A stretch of DNA of 64,000 nucleotides from Candidatus Aenigmatarchaeota archaeon. GTDB taxonomy: Archaea > Aenigmatarchaeota > Aenigmatarchaeia > QMZP01 > JAFGSV01. Shown here piece by piece: positions 1-9,276 of the stretch (position 1 is its first letter; each line of letters begins with the position of its first letter). The notes under the pieces are model-generated. The model did not search any database, had not been told where the DNA came from, and saw only the letters and a program-made list of their open reading frames with translations. The translations under genes and the position numbers were made by a program. The stretch is from contig JAFGSV010000012.1 of the NCBI GenBank assembly GCA_016934325.1, forward strand, positions 44,373 through 108,372, in the 5' to 3' direction.

Positions 1-47
1 GGAACGACGACCTGGATTACAACGACACAGGCGAGGGGTGGATCAAC

Positions 48-3000
48 ATGAGCTTCAATGCAAGCAGCGGGTTCTGGGAGAACATGACGAACTTAACATA
101 CAAGGGAATCCTTAATTTCCAGGTGAACTGCACGAGCCCCAGCTACGATAACCTGCTGCTGACAGACAGCGTGTCGATAAACAATACGGGCCCCTGCATT
201 TTTGGGAGAATAGGGGGACTCAGCACGAATCCCCTCCCCCCGATCACATGCTACGAGAACTCGATCTGCAGCTACGATTTCAGCCAGAACTGCACCGATG
301 ACGACCAGAACGACCTGGGCTCATTGACGTATGACTATAACGTCCTTGCCAAGTACGATCCTTATTTCGGCATGACGGCGGAGGGTGTCCTGCAGGTGAA
401 CATCACGAACCTGTCGTCATCGCAGCTCATCAACGTCCAGCTGTTCGTGGCTGACGACGAGACCCCCACCTCGACGAGCATGAACATCACGGTGAACCCC
501 ATCAACGACGCCCCGCTGTTCGACACGCTGCCTACCGGGGCGACGGAGGACCTGGAGTTCAACTCATCGAGCCCCGGGGCCATAATCACGGCCACGGACG
601 AGGAGGGCGATTACCCCCTGAACATCAACATAAACATAACCGGCTGCGACAAGGCAAGCTGGGTGTCTGGGCCGTGGAGGGACAACTGCACGCTTTTCTC
701 ATGGAACCAGACCTCGGGCACCACCGCCGAGATCCTGAATTTCACCCCGACGAACTGGGATGTGGGCGATTATACCGTCAATTTCACTGTTATCGACTCG
801 GGTGACACGATCCAGCCCCATAACGCCACCTATTCGACGGAGATAACGTTCACGGTGGCCAACGTCAATGACAGGCCGAACATAACCGCCGTCAACGGCA
901 CCGACATCGTGCTGTTCCAGGGCGACGCCATGTATCTTGTGTTCAACGGCACCGACATAGAGAACGATACCCTGAATTTCACAGCGATAACCCTGTACCA
1001 GAACCTGTCCGCTTTGAATAACACGGAGCTCTTCCCCATCACCAAGAACGATACCATGTATCCCAATGAGTCCGCTTACGGCATAATGGATTTCATAATC
1101 TCGAACGGGCAGGTGGGCAACTACACCATCAACGTCACCGTGATGGACAACGGCACCAGTCCAGACAACCTGACCGACTACATCCTGGTGAACGTCACCA
1201 TATACAACACGAACGACCCTCCCGCACTGGAGAATTTCTCGGACTCGTGGCTCGCCATACAGGAAGAGGAGTCGCTATTCTATTTCAACGCGAGCGATCC
1301 GGACTTCCTGACCGTCTACCTCGACAATCTTACGTTCGGATTCAATTTCACCGCCTGCTCGACGCTCAACGGCAGCGGTAACTGCAACGATTTCGGGGAG
1401 AACTCGACCTTCGCCATCACGAAGCTCGGCAACACCTCGGCGTATTTCCGGATAATAGCCGAGAGGGACGACACCGGTAACTACACGCTGAACCTGACGG
1501 TAACTGACAGCGGCGGACTCGTGAACTGGACCTGCATCAACCTGACGGTGGTGCCCGACTGGGCCCCGTCCATCAACGCGCCATCGTACCTTGAGATGAA
1601 CCAGGCGGAGGACTTCTGGTTCGTCTTCAACGTGACGGACGCCGAGAACGACACTCTGAACATCACGCACAGGACCCTATACCGCAACCTGACTTTTCTT
1701 TCATTCTCGCTGTTCTTCATCAACTTCAGCAATGCCACATACCCCCCTTATTACAACGCAACGATGAACTACACCCCCGTCTCGAACGACCAGGTGGGTA
1801 ACTATACAATCGAGGTCAACGCAACGGATGTCTGGAACAGGACGTCGGGCCATCTGCTCAACGTGACGGTATGGAACGTGAACGACAACCCTCAGGTGAT
1901 AAACTTCACTTCCTGCTACGATCCGGACGTCACGTATCCCCTGGACCTCACAGTCCCAGAGAATGCCCAGAACTGCTTCCTCCTCACGAATCCCGATTTG
2001 GACCTGCTGACGCCATATGGGGATGATTTGACGTATGTCTTCACTTTTAAGTCGTGCAGCGCCAGCGGCACCCTGCCGCCAGGGGGCAACTGCTCGGGGA
2101 GCATACCTTTCTCGGAGTATGGCGAAGTCGGGATGCTCAACTTCACGGCCGATGACGAGTCCTGGCAGGGCAACTACTCATACAACCTCTCCTTCACCGA
2201 CGGCGAGGGCGCGTACGCATCCGCGATCATAAACATATCGATCTACGCCGTGAACGACCCCCCGACGCTGGTATCCCTGGCGATCGAGAATTCGAGCAGC
2301 AACGGCACCAAAACGACCTATTACTTCCCCATAAACGATGCCATACCTTTCACGGAAGGGCAGGATTATAACCTGACGCTGACCGCGGTTGACGAGGAGG
2401 ACAACACCCCGCTTTATTATGACGTCAGCTTCACATGCATTCTTGACACGCCCGGGCCGTGCGGCCTTTTCTCATTCAACGGGACGACAGGTGAGGCAAA
2501 CCTGACCCCGGCGGACCTGCAGACCGGCAACTACACGGCAAACATGACCGCGAAAGACAGCGGCACCGTCACGGCGCCGCACAACGCCACTGGCTGGGAA
2601 CTGGTGAACATGACGGTGTTAGCCACGAACGACATCCCCAACATCGTGCTCTGGTCATGCCAGAACAGCGACTGCAGCAATCTCATGGAAGGGACGAGCA
2701 AGCTGTTCTGGCACAGGGCTAACGACCCGGATGGTCAGCCCCTCACATGCTACTTCTATCTGGACTGGATGCAGCCCACGCAAAGGCTGACCGAGACGAA
2801 GACCAACTGCAACTCCACCTCGAACGTCATGCACTGGTTCGCTCCCGGCTACGATGACGCCCTCAACTACACCAACGCCACCAGGAACTTCACCCTGGTG
2901 GCCGAGGATACCTTGGGCCTGAAGAATAACAAGACCCTCCTCATAAACATCTACAACGTGAACAGGCCGCCAAGGCTCGCGATGAACATATCTACCCCGA

Positions 3001-3986
3001 TAACCTGGCAGTCCAGGACCTCCATGACCGCCATAGACCTTGACAACTATTTTGAGGATGACTACGGGGAGGTCCTCTCTTACTCGTACCAGGGAGCCTC
3101 CAACGTCGATGTGGCGATTAACCCGATAACCAACGAGGTGACCCTGACCCCAAAGGGCGGCTGGTACGGCACCGACTGGATCGTGTTCGTGGCGAACGAC
3201 TCCGCGCTCACCAACACCTCCAACAACGTCACCCTGATGGTAATCTACAAGCCGCCGGAGACCGTGCCCTCCCCAAGCACTTCATACCCGAGCCCCAGGG
3301 TGGCATCCCTGGAGATAATGGTGCCCGAGATCATCACCCTCGAGGCGGGCCGGAGCACCCTGGCGAAGGTGGTCCTGCATAACGACGGCCAGTACGACCT
3401 GCTTGGCATAAACCTCTCGGCCATCACGAACGAGACGAACATAAGCCTTGCGCTGATGCAAACGTTCTTCCCGGAGATAAAGATCGGTTACAACGCAACC
3501 ACATGGCTCAACATATCCACGGGAGAGCTCAACGTGAACGAGACATACCTGGTCCAGCTGCTCGGGGACGTATCATACCCGGACATAACGGAGAGCGCAA
3601 CCGTTACCATAAGGCCCCTGCGCACGAACAAGACGGACGTGATAGTGAAGATAATCCTAGTCAAGGACATGTTCGAGGAGAACCCGGAGTGCATGGAGCT
3701 TTTCGGCCTCATACTCGAAGCGGAGGAGGCCCTGAACAGGGGGGACATAGCCGAGGCAAGGAGGCTGACGCAGCTCGCCATAGACAACTGCCAGGACATG
3801 ATCGACTATGCGGCCCTGAGGAGGAACCAGACCGCCTCCAAGCCTCCGTCGACGGTCGGGCAGATAATAATGAACCCCCTTTTCATAATGGGGTTCGTGC
3901 TGGCGCTGCTCGCGTTCAGCATGCTCGGGTACTGGCTCATGATAAGAAGGCAGCAGCCGATTGGGACGGCACAGGCCGTGGAATAG
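48..3986 (+). CDS. Large secreted cadherin-repeat surface protein (5' truncated), heavily N-glycosylated, with a C-terminal TM anchor
   Basis: No in-frame stop from nt 3 to 48, so the N-terminus lies outside the window. Dozens of N-x-S/T sequons. Repeated (V/A)NDxP motifs (VNDNP, NDAP, NDRP, NDPP) spaced ~100 aa apart, as in cadherin-like domains. C-terminal hydrophobic helix 'LFIMGFVLALLAFSMLGYWLMI' followed by a basic tail. Confidence 0.6.
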   Translation: MSFNASSGFWENMTNLTYKGILNFQVNCTSPSYDNLLLTDSVSINNTGPCIFGRIGGLSTNPLPPITCYENSICSYDFSQNCTDDDQNDLGSLTYDYNVLAKYDPYFGMTAEGVLQVNITNLSSSQLINVQLFVADDETPTSTSMNITVNPINDAPLFDTLPTGATEDLEFNSSSPGAIITATDEEGDYPLNININITGCDKASWVSGPWRDNCTLFSWNQTSGTTAEILNFTPTNWDVGDYTVNFTVIDSGDTIQPHNATYSTEITFTVANVNDRPNITAVNGTDIVLFQGDAMYLVFNGTDIENDTLNFTAITLYQNLSALNNTELFPITKNDTMYPNESAYGIMDFIISNGQVGNYTINVTVMDNGTSPDNLTDYILVNVTIYNTNDPPALENFSDSWLAIQEEESLFYFNASDPDFLTVYLDNLTFGFNFTACSTLNGSGNCNDFGENSTFAITKLGNTSAYFRIIAERDDTGNYTLNLTVTDSGGLVNWTCINLTVVPDWAPSINAPSYLEMNQAEDFWFVFNVTDAENDTLNITHRTLYRNLTFLSFSLFFINFSNATYPPYYNATMNYTPVSNDQVGNYTIEVNATDVWNRTSGHLLNVTVWNVNDNPQVINFTSCYDPDVTYPLDLTVPENAQNCFLLTNPDLDLLTPYGDDLTYVFTFKSCSASGTLPPGGNCSGSIPFSEYGEVGMLNFTADDESWQGNYSYNLSFTDGEGAYASAIINISIYAVNDPPTLVSLAIENSSSNGTKTTYYFPINDAIPFTEGQDYNLTLTAVDEEDNTPLYYDVSFTCILDTPGPCGLFSFNGTTGEANLTPADLQTGNYTANMTAKDSGTVTAPHNATGWELVNMTVLATNDIPNIVLWSCQNSDCSNLMEGTSKLFWHRANDPDGQPLTCYFYLDWMQPTQRLTETKTNCNSTSNVMHWFAPGYDDALNYTNATRNFTLVAEDTLGLKNNKTLLINIYNVNRPPRLAMNISTPITWQSRTSMTAIDLDNYFEDDYGEVLSYSYQGASNVDVAINPITNEVTLTPKGGWYGTDWIVFVANDSALTNTSNNVTLMVIYKPPETVPSPSTSYPSPRVASLEIMVPEIITLEAGRSTLAKVVLHNDGQYDLLGINLSAITNETNISLALMQTFFPEIKIGYNATTWLNISTGELNVNETYLVQLLGDVSYPDITESATVTIRPLRTNKTDVIVKIILVKDMFEENPECMELFGLILEAEEALNRGDIAEARRLTQLAIDNCQDMIDYAALRRNQTASKPPSTVGQIIMNPLFIMGFVLALLAFSMLGYWLMIRRQQPIGTAQAVE

Positions 3987-3992
3987 GGGCGG

Positions 3993-5255
3993 TCACTTGC
4001 GCTTGAGCTTCCTCAGGGCGTAATTTATCGGATTCTTGATGCTCTTCCTGCTACCTCCGCAGAGACCGTCGGGCTTGCACACCCCGAAGTCCTCGTAATA
4101 CCCGAGATTGGCGCAATTCGGCGGAGGCAGCGGCTTCCCCCTGCTCTTGTGCCATCTCGCCTGCCCCCTCACGTAGCTCTCCCTCAGCGGTGGGCTGTTC
4201 TTCTCGTTCCACTTCACCAGGAATTCGATGATGTCGTCCCAGCCCCATTTGAGAGACGAGAGGTAGTTGAGCAGGATGAATAGGCTCCTCTTCTTCCCGT
4301 CGGACAGCCCCTTCAGCATGTTCTGGATGCAGGGGGGCGCGAGCTCGATGGGGACGGCCCTGTCCAGGGTGATCTCGCGGCGGGGCCCCCTCTCCCTGCT
4401 GGACTTCTCCTTGACCCACCAGTCGACCGCTTCTACCACAAGCATCGCCGCCTCATTCTCGTCAGCCTCGGCAAGCCAGCCCCTGCCCGCACGCACATGC
4501 TCGGGGGAGGCGTCCTGCGGCCTGAAAGCATCGAGCTCTCCGGGATCCACGGGCACGGAAACGAGATGGCTCTTCTCGTGCAGCGAATAAGGCATCCTGA
4601 ACAGGTGCCTGGGGGATATCAGTATGGGGTCAACGTTGGCCACCTTGTAGGGGTCGATCCCCTCCGGGGTGATGATGTCGCCGACCTGCTGGCCTGTCTC
4701 CTCGGCGAGATGCTCGATCCCCCATCTCTTCAGCAGGGCCCTCTCCAGCGCCTCCCTCGCGAACCCCCTGAGGTACTGGGCTATCCTCCTGGCGAGCTCG
4801 GGGTACTGCTCGCTGGTCATCCCGTAGTCGACGACGCTCGGCATGGCCTCGAAAGGGATGCCTATGTGGAAGCCCGTCCCCCCGGTGAACTTTACATACA
4901 CGCTGCGCAGGCCGTGCTTCCTGAGCGCATCGATGAACACCTGCACCGCCACCTTCCCGTGCTCCGTGCGCTCGCAGTCTATGTCGAGGATGAGGTCCCA
5001 GCCGACCCTCGTGCTCTCGTAGTTCTCGGTGCCGACGACCATAGGGTTGGCCCACCTCTCGAGCGAGCCGTGGAAGGCCACGGCCCCTCCCCTGACCTGC
5101 ACCATGATGTCCTTCGGGTAGACCAGCGTGTTCGGCCTTGTCGAGAATCCGCCGTCCTTGAAAACGGCGACGACCTCCCTCCTCTCCGCCGCCTGCAAGA
5201 GCGCCTGCTGGACGTCCTGCCTTGAATAGTAATCGAAGATGCCCTTCCGGTTCAT
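3993..5255 (-). CDS. priS: DNA primase small subunit PriS fused to a PriL-type C-terminal Fe-S domain
   Basis: PriS catalytic motifs 'LILDIDCE' and 'KFTGGTGFHIG'. The C-terminal ~130 aa carries 'PPCIQNML...LFILLNYL...EFLVKWNE', matching the PriL-CTD 'PPCM...LFLKG...FW' signature, plus Cys residues C-x13-C-x5-C. Confidence 0.6.
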   Translation of the reverse strand: MNRKGIFDYYSRQDVQQALLQAAERREVVAVFKDGGFSTRPNTLVYPKDIMVQVRGGAVAFHGSLERWANPMVVGTENYESTRVGWDLILDIDCERTEHGKVAVQVFIDALRKHGLRSVYVKFTGGTGFHIGIPFEAMPSVVDYGMTSEQYPELARRIAQYLRGFAREALERALLKRWGIEHLAEETGQQVGDIITPEGIDPYKVANVDPILISPRHLFRMPYSLHEKSHLVSVPVDPGELDAFRPQDASPEHVRAGRGWLAEADENEAAMLVVEAVDWWVKEKSSRERGPRREITLDRAVPIELAPPCIQNMLKGLSDGKKRSLFILLNYLSSLKWGWDDIIEFLVKWNEKNSPPLRESYVRGQARWHKSRGKPLPPPNCANLGYYEDFGVCKPDGLCGGSRKSIKNPINYALRKLKRK

Positions 5256-5381
5256 GTGTATGATATTTCCGGCCGGGATTTATAGCTTTTACTTTTCTCC
5301 CACTTGCCATGGGCGGCAGGAATCTGCCGGCAGGGATCATGTTTTTTTAAAATATCCGAATAATTATTATCCGGTGTTCAA

Positions 5382-5894
5382 ATGATAACCTACGAGACCC
5401 TGCGCAAGATAGAGCGGGACGAGAGGGTTTCCAACAAGCTGGCCCAGCTGCCCGAGCGCTTCCTTTTCGAGGTCCAGGACTACCTGCGCAAGAAGGAGGC
5501 CATGTCCAGGGAGAAGGGCGACAGGTGGGAGCTGCAGACGGCAAAGCAGCGCTTCGAGAACATCATGCAGCTCAGGGAGAGGAAGATAATAAACTTCACA
5601 CTCTCCTTCGTCCGTTCCGGCGCCATGCCGGAGAACATGGTGCCCGAGGAGAGGGAGATGTTCGACTCCATCGCGAAGAGGGTCAAGGAATTCCAGGACA
5701 AGAGGGAGAAGGCCATGACCGGGGAGAAGGCGAGCTTCAAGACAGTCGCTTTCCTGCAGCAGCTGCCCCAGTTCGTGGGCATAGACATGGGATATTACGG
5801 CCCGTACCAGCAGGGCGACATCGCAACGGTCCCCGCGGACAACGCCATGGTGCTCGTCGAGAAGGGGGCCGCAGAGCTCGTCGAGGGAGGGTAG
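5382..5894 (+). CDS. Putative GINS subunit (Gins15/51-like)
   Basis: 170-aa helical N-terminus 'ETLRKIERDERVSNKLAQLPERFLFEVQDYL' resembles the GINS A-domain. It is divergently adjacent to priS, the known Gins15-PriS linkage. Confidence 0.4.
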   Translation: MITYETLRKIERDERVSNKLAQLPERFLFEVQDYLRKKEAMSREKGDRWELQTAKQRFENIMQLRERKIINFTLSFVRSGAMPENMVPEEREMFDSIAKRVKEFQDKREKAMTGEKASFKTVAFLQQLPQFVGIDMGYYGPYQQGDIATVPADNAMVLVEKGAAELVEGG

Positions 5895-6017
5895 GATGAA
5901 GCCGCCTCCCGGCTGCCCGGGCGCAATTCCCCGCACAATAAATTTATTAACCTATCGGCACCATTAATAGAAAATTATCAGAAAAATATCATCTGATCAT
6001 CAGGGAGGCTGGATGCC

Positions 6018-6311
6018 ATGAAGTACCCGAAGAGCATGAGCATGTACTGCCCGAAATGCATGCGGCACACGGAGCACACGGTCAGCCTCAGCAAGAGGCT
6101 CGGCAGGGGCTTGGCCCACCCCACGTCCAAGGCTCAGAGGAGATTCAAGGCCAAGCTGAGGGGCTACGGCTCCTTCCCCAGGCCGAACCCGCACGGGGAC
6201 GGCAAGCCGACGAAGAAGGTGGACCTCAGGTACAAGTGCAAGGAGTGCAAGAAGATGCATACCAGGAGCGGGTTCAGGGCCAAGAAGTTCGAGATAAGGG
6301 GAAAGCAGTAA
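6018..6311 (+). CDS. rpl44e: Ribosomal protein L44e
   Basis: C4 zinc ribbon (CPKC...CKEC), basic 97-aa protein, 'KPTKKVDLRYKCKECKK' typical of L44e. Classical L44e-S27e-aIF2alpha neighbourhood. Confidence 0.8.
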   Translation: MKYPKSMSMYCPKCMRHTEHTVSLSKRLGRGLAHPTSKAQRRFKAKLRGYGSFPRPNPHGDGKPTKKVDLRYKCKECKKMHTRSGFRAKKFEIRGKQ

Positions 6312-6322
6312 GGAAGGTGCCC

Positions 6323-6784
6323 ATGATCGATCAGGTCGCCAGAGGGGTTTCAAAGACGTATAGCATAGAAGGAAAGGATTGCGCCTTCTTGACCAGCGGC
6401 CAGATCGACGGGGGCGGCGGATGGTATTTCACCGATACCTTGGAAAGGGTTCCTGTTTTCTACGCGACCGTCCTGGATTCGTTGCGTGATGATGAGGCCG
6501 GCGAACCCAGGGTGATGCATGAGGGCGAACCGGCGGTTGATTCATACCTGGCGGATTTAACGGATGAAGATGGCGTGGTCCATGAGGATCTCAATCCGAG
6601 GTCCGGGCCGGAGGAGGTGGGGTTCAAGCCTAGAGAGAGCCAGCTCGACTACGACGACCCCGAGGAGCCCATCGGCTACGAAAATGACCTTGACGTGGTC
6701 ATCTTCTATCCGGGCGGATGGCCCGATATCGACGATGAGAAAAGCGCGGACAATACAGACAACCCGCTCAGGATTGCCGCCTGA
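6323..6784 (+). CDS. Hypothetical acidic protein
   Basis: ORF from an internal ATG preceded by 'AGGAAGGTG'. D/E-rich C-terminus. No recognisable family. Confidence 0.3.
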   Translation: MIDQVARGVSKTYSIEGKDCAFLTSGQIDGGGGWYFTDTLERVPVFYATVLDSLRDDEAGEPRVMHEGEPAVDSYLADLTDEDGVVHEDLNPRSGPEEVGFKPRESQLDYDDPEEPIGYENDLDVVIFYPGGWPDIDDEKSADNTDNPLRIAA

Positions 6785-6858
6785 CGGGGGATGCCAGAAC
6801 GGAAGGGGCCCTCATTAACGGCATCCATTTTAATATTTGCGCATGATAATGTGATAAC

Positions 6859-7026
6859 ATGGCATCGGAATTCTACAAGGTGAAGTGCAAGGACTGCAAG
6901 AACGAGCAGGTGATATTCTCCAAGGCCGCCAGCGAGGTCAAGTGCCTCGTGTGCGGCACCGTCCTGGCTAAACCGGGCGGCGGCAGGGCTAGCGTCCAGT
7001 CCAAGATACTCAAGGCCGTCGAATAA
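6859..7026 (+). CDS. rps27e: Ribosomal protein S27e
   Basis: 55-aa protein 'VKCKDCKNEQVIFSKAASEVKCLVCG' with the S27e C4 zinc finger. It falls below the ORF-track length cutoff and was translated manually. Confidence 0.75.
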   Translation: MASEFYKVKCKDCKNEQVIFSKAASEVKCLVCGTVLAKPGGGRASVQSKILKAVE

Positions 7027-7061
7027 GGTTTTTAAATATCTCTCCTTTCTATTCTAATCTT

Positions 7062-7832
7062 ATGAGAAACCCAGGATTCCCGGAAAGGGGCGAGCTGGTC
7101 GTTTGCGAGATCAGCAAGATCAACCCCAACTCAGCTTTCGCCAACCTGCTCGAGTACGACAGGTCCGGTATGATCCACGTTTCAGAGGTCGCGAAGAGGT
7201 GGGTCAGGAACATCAGGGAGTTCGTGAAGCAGAACCAGCTCGTCGTGTGCAAGGTCATAAGGGTCGACGACAGCTACATCTCCCTGTCAATAAAGAGGGT
7301 CAACAAGAACCAGGCGGACAGGAGGCTGCAGGAGTACAAGAGGGAGAAGAACGCCGAGAAGTTCCTCGAGATCGTCGGCAAGCAGCTCGGCTTGGACCTC
7401 GACAAGACCTACGATGCGGTGGGTAACCAGCTGCTTGAGCAGTTCGGCTCCATGCACAGGACCTTCGAGATAGCGCTCAAGAACCCGGAGCTGCTGACCG
7501 AGAAGGGGATCGACAAGAAGTGGGCTGCCGCTTTGATTGACATCGCGAAGAAGAACTTCGTCCAGAAGACCTACGAGGTCAAGGCCGAGCTGACCCTGAC
7601 CTGCCACGCTCCCGGGGGCATTGACATGATAAAGGGGACCCTGCAGACGGTCGCCGGCAAGGGCCTGCAGGTGAGGTACATCTCCGCCCCGAAGTACAAC
7701 GTCGTCGGCAGGGGGGAGAACATCAGGGAGGTCAAGGAGCTGGTCGAAGGGGCATGCGAGGAAGCGGTGAGGTCGATCGAGGGCGCGGGAGGCGAGGGTA
7801 GCTTCACGCTTGCTGGCAAGAACGAACAGTAA
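7062..7832 (+). CDS. eif2a: Translation initiation factor 2 alpha subunit (aIF2alpha)
   Basis: N-terminal S1 domain 'GELVVCEISKINPNSAFANLLEYDRSGMIHVSEV'. Size and gene order match aIF2alpha. Confidence 0.8.
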   Translation: MRNPGFPERGELVVCEISKINPNSAFANLLEYDRSGMIHVSEVAKRWVRNIREFVKQNQLVVCKVIRVDDSYISLSIKRVNKNQADRRLQEYKREKNAEKFLEIVGKQLGLDLDKTYDAVGNQLLEQFGSMHRTFEIALKNPELLTEKGIDKKWAAALIDIAKKNFVQKTYEVKAELTLTCHAPGGIDMIKGTLQTVAGKGLQVRYISAPKYNVVGRGENIREVKELVEGACEEAVRSIEGAGGEGSFTLAGKNEQ

Positions 7833-7877
7833 CGGACCGGTTTGAACGGGCTTTGGTATCATGGGAATGGTGGATTA

Positions 7878-9212
7878 ATGGTTCTGGACAGTTTCGGCGG
7901 ATCGCTGAAGAAGATATTCAGCAGGATAACGGGATATTCTCTTGTGGACAAGGAGAAGGTGGAGTCGGTAATAATCGAGCTGCAGAGGGCCCTCATACAG
8001 GCGGACGTGGACGTGGGCCTCGTGGCGGAGCTTTCGGAGCGCATCAAGAAGAGCGTCCTGCATGAGAAGCTGCCTCCGAGCATGACGCTCAAGGAGGTTC
8101 TGGTGAAGGGGCTGTATGACGAGCTGGTATGGTTACTGGGCGAGAAGCCGGCAGTGGTTCAGCTCAAGGGCCAGAGGATACTGCTGATAGGGCTTTTCGG
8201 TTCCGGCAAGACGACCCACGCGGGCAAGATAGCCAAATGGTTCCAGGCAAGGGGCATGCAGGCGGGCATGGCAGCGTGCGACACGCACAGGCCGGCGGCC
8301 CGGGACCAGCTGGCCCAGATCGGGAAGAAGATAAAGGCGCCAGTCTACGCCGACGGGAAGAAGCCGCTGGATATAGCCAAGAACGCCATGAAGAAGAGCA
8401 AGGAGGCAGTGCTCATCTTCGATTCCGCCGGGAGGGACGCACTCGACAATGAGCTGGCAGAAGAGCTGCGCGAGCTGGGCAAGGCGATCAAGCCGGACGA
8501 GGTGTGGCTGGTCATACCGGCAGAGCTGGGGCAGGACGCTGGCAGGCAGGCCAGCGAGTTCAGCAAGCTCGTAGGCATAACGGGAATAGTCGTCACCAAG
8601 CTGGACGGGACAGCGAAGGGCGGCGCCGCACTGGCAGCGTGCAGGGCGGCGGGAGCGAGCGTCAAGTTCATCGGGAAGGGCGAGCAGCCTGGCGACATCG
8701 AGCTTTACGACCCGAAGAGGTTCATAGGCAGGCTCATAGGATACGGCGACCTTGCGGGCCTGATGGAGAAGGCGAAGGAGATCGGCATAGACGAGGACGC
8801 CGCGAAGAGGATGCTTGAGGGCAAGTTCACGATGCATGAGTTCCAGGAGCAGCTCAAGTCGATGAAGGGCATGGGCCCCCTGAACAAGGTCATGGACATG
8901 ATCCCCGGGGCGTCGTCCGGCCTGATGAAGAAGCTGCCGAAGGGCTTCATGGACATCCAGGAAGGCAAGATGAAGAAGTGGGAGCACATAATCAAGTCCA
9001 TGACCCCCGCCGAGAAGGAAGACCCCGATACCATAAACGTGAGCAGGGTCAAGAGGATCGCGGCCGGCTCGGGCACCAGCCAGCAGGAGGTCAGGGAGCT
9101 GCTGAAGAGCTACAAGCAGATAAAGAAGGTCATGAAGCTCACGAAGGGCGGCAAGGCCTTCAAGAGGGGCCCCTTCGCGAAGCTCGCGAAGCAGCTGGGG
9201 ATGGGCATGTAG
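7878..9212 (+). CDS. srp54: Signal recognition particle protein SRP54
   Basis: NG domain with 'GLFGSGKTT' and 'DTHRPAA', and an M-domain rich in Met. Start placed at the internal ATG 'MVLDSFGG'. Confidence 0.9.
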   Translation: MVLDSFGGSLKKIFSRITGYSLVDKEKVESVIIELQRALIQADVDVGLVAELSERIKKSVLHEKLPPSMTLKEVLVKGLYDELVWLLGEKPAVVQLKGQRILLIGLFGSGKTTHAGKIAKWFQARGMQAGMAACDTHRPAARDQLAQIGKKIKAPVYADGKKPLDIAKNAMKKSKEAVLIFDSAGRDALDNELAEELRELGKAIKPDEVWLVIPAELGQDAGRQASEFSKLVGITGIVVTKLDGTAKGGAALAACRAAGASVKFIGKGEQPGDIELYDPKRFIGRLIGYGDLAGLMEKAKEIGIDEDAAKRMLEGKFTMHEFQEQLKSMKGMGPLNKVMDMIPGASSGLMKKLPKGFMDIQEGKMKKWEHIIKSMTPAEKEDPDTINVSRVKRIAAGSGTSQQEVRELLKSYKQIKKVMKLTKGGKAFKRGPFAKLAKQLGMGM

Positions 9213-9276
9213 ATGCGATGCATCGCCTTCCGTTTCTGCGACGATTCCCCATCGGATATAAATCACCCTTATTCAA

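Noticed and set aside
3503-4006. 167-aa ORF overlapping the C-terminus of the surface protein
   Set aside because: Alternative-frame ORF with an R/G/H-rich product. The surface-protein frame continues with a sensible TM anchor.
4497-5340. ORFs 4497-5225(+) and 4630-5340(-), and similar long ORFs antisense to annotated genes (e.g. 8133-9266, 11236-11967, 15526-16518, 28113-29429, 30577-32022, 42431-43117, 43634-44695, 55660-57003, 61434-62318)
   Set aside because: Each lies wholly inside a gene with clear homology-grade motifs on the opposite strand or in another frame. Products are Arg/Pro/Gly/Ala-rich low-complexity strings, typical of stop-codon-poor frames in ~60% GC DNA.
6056-6322. Long N-terminal extension of ORF 6056-6784
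   Set aside because: It overlaps rpl44e in a different frame. The start was trimmed to the ATG at 6323 behind an SD-like AGGAAGGTG, and even the trimmed ORF is low confidence.
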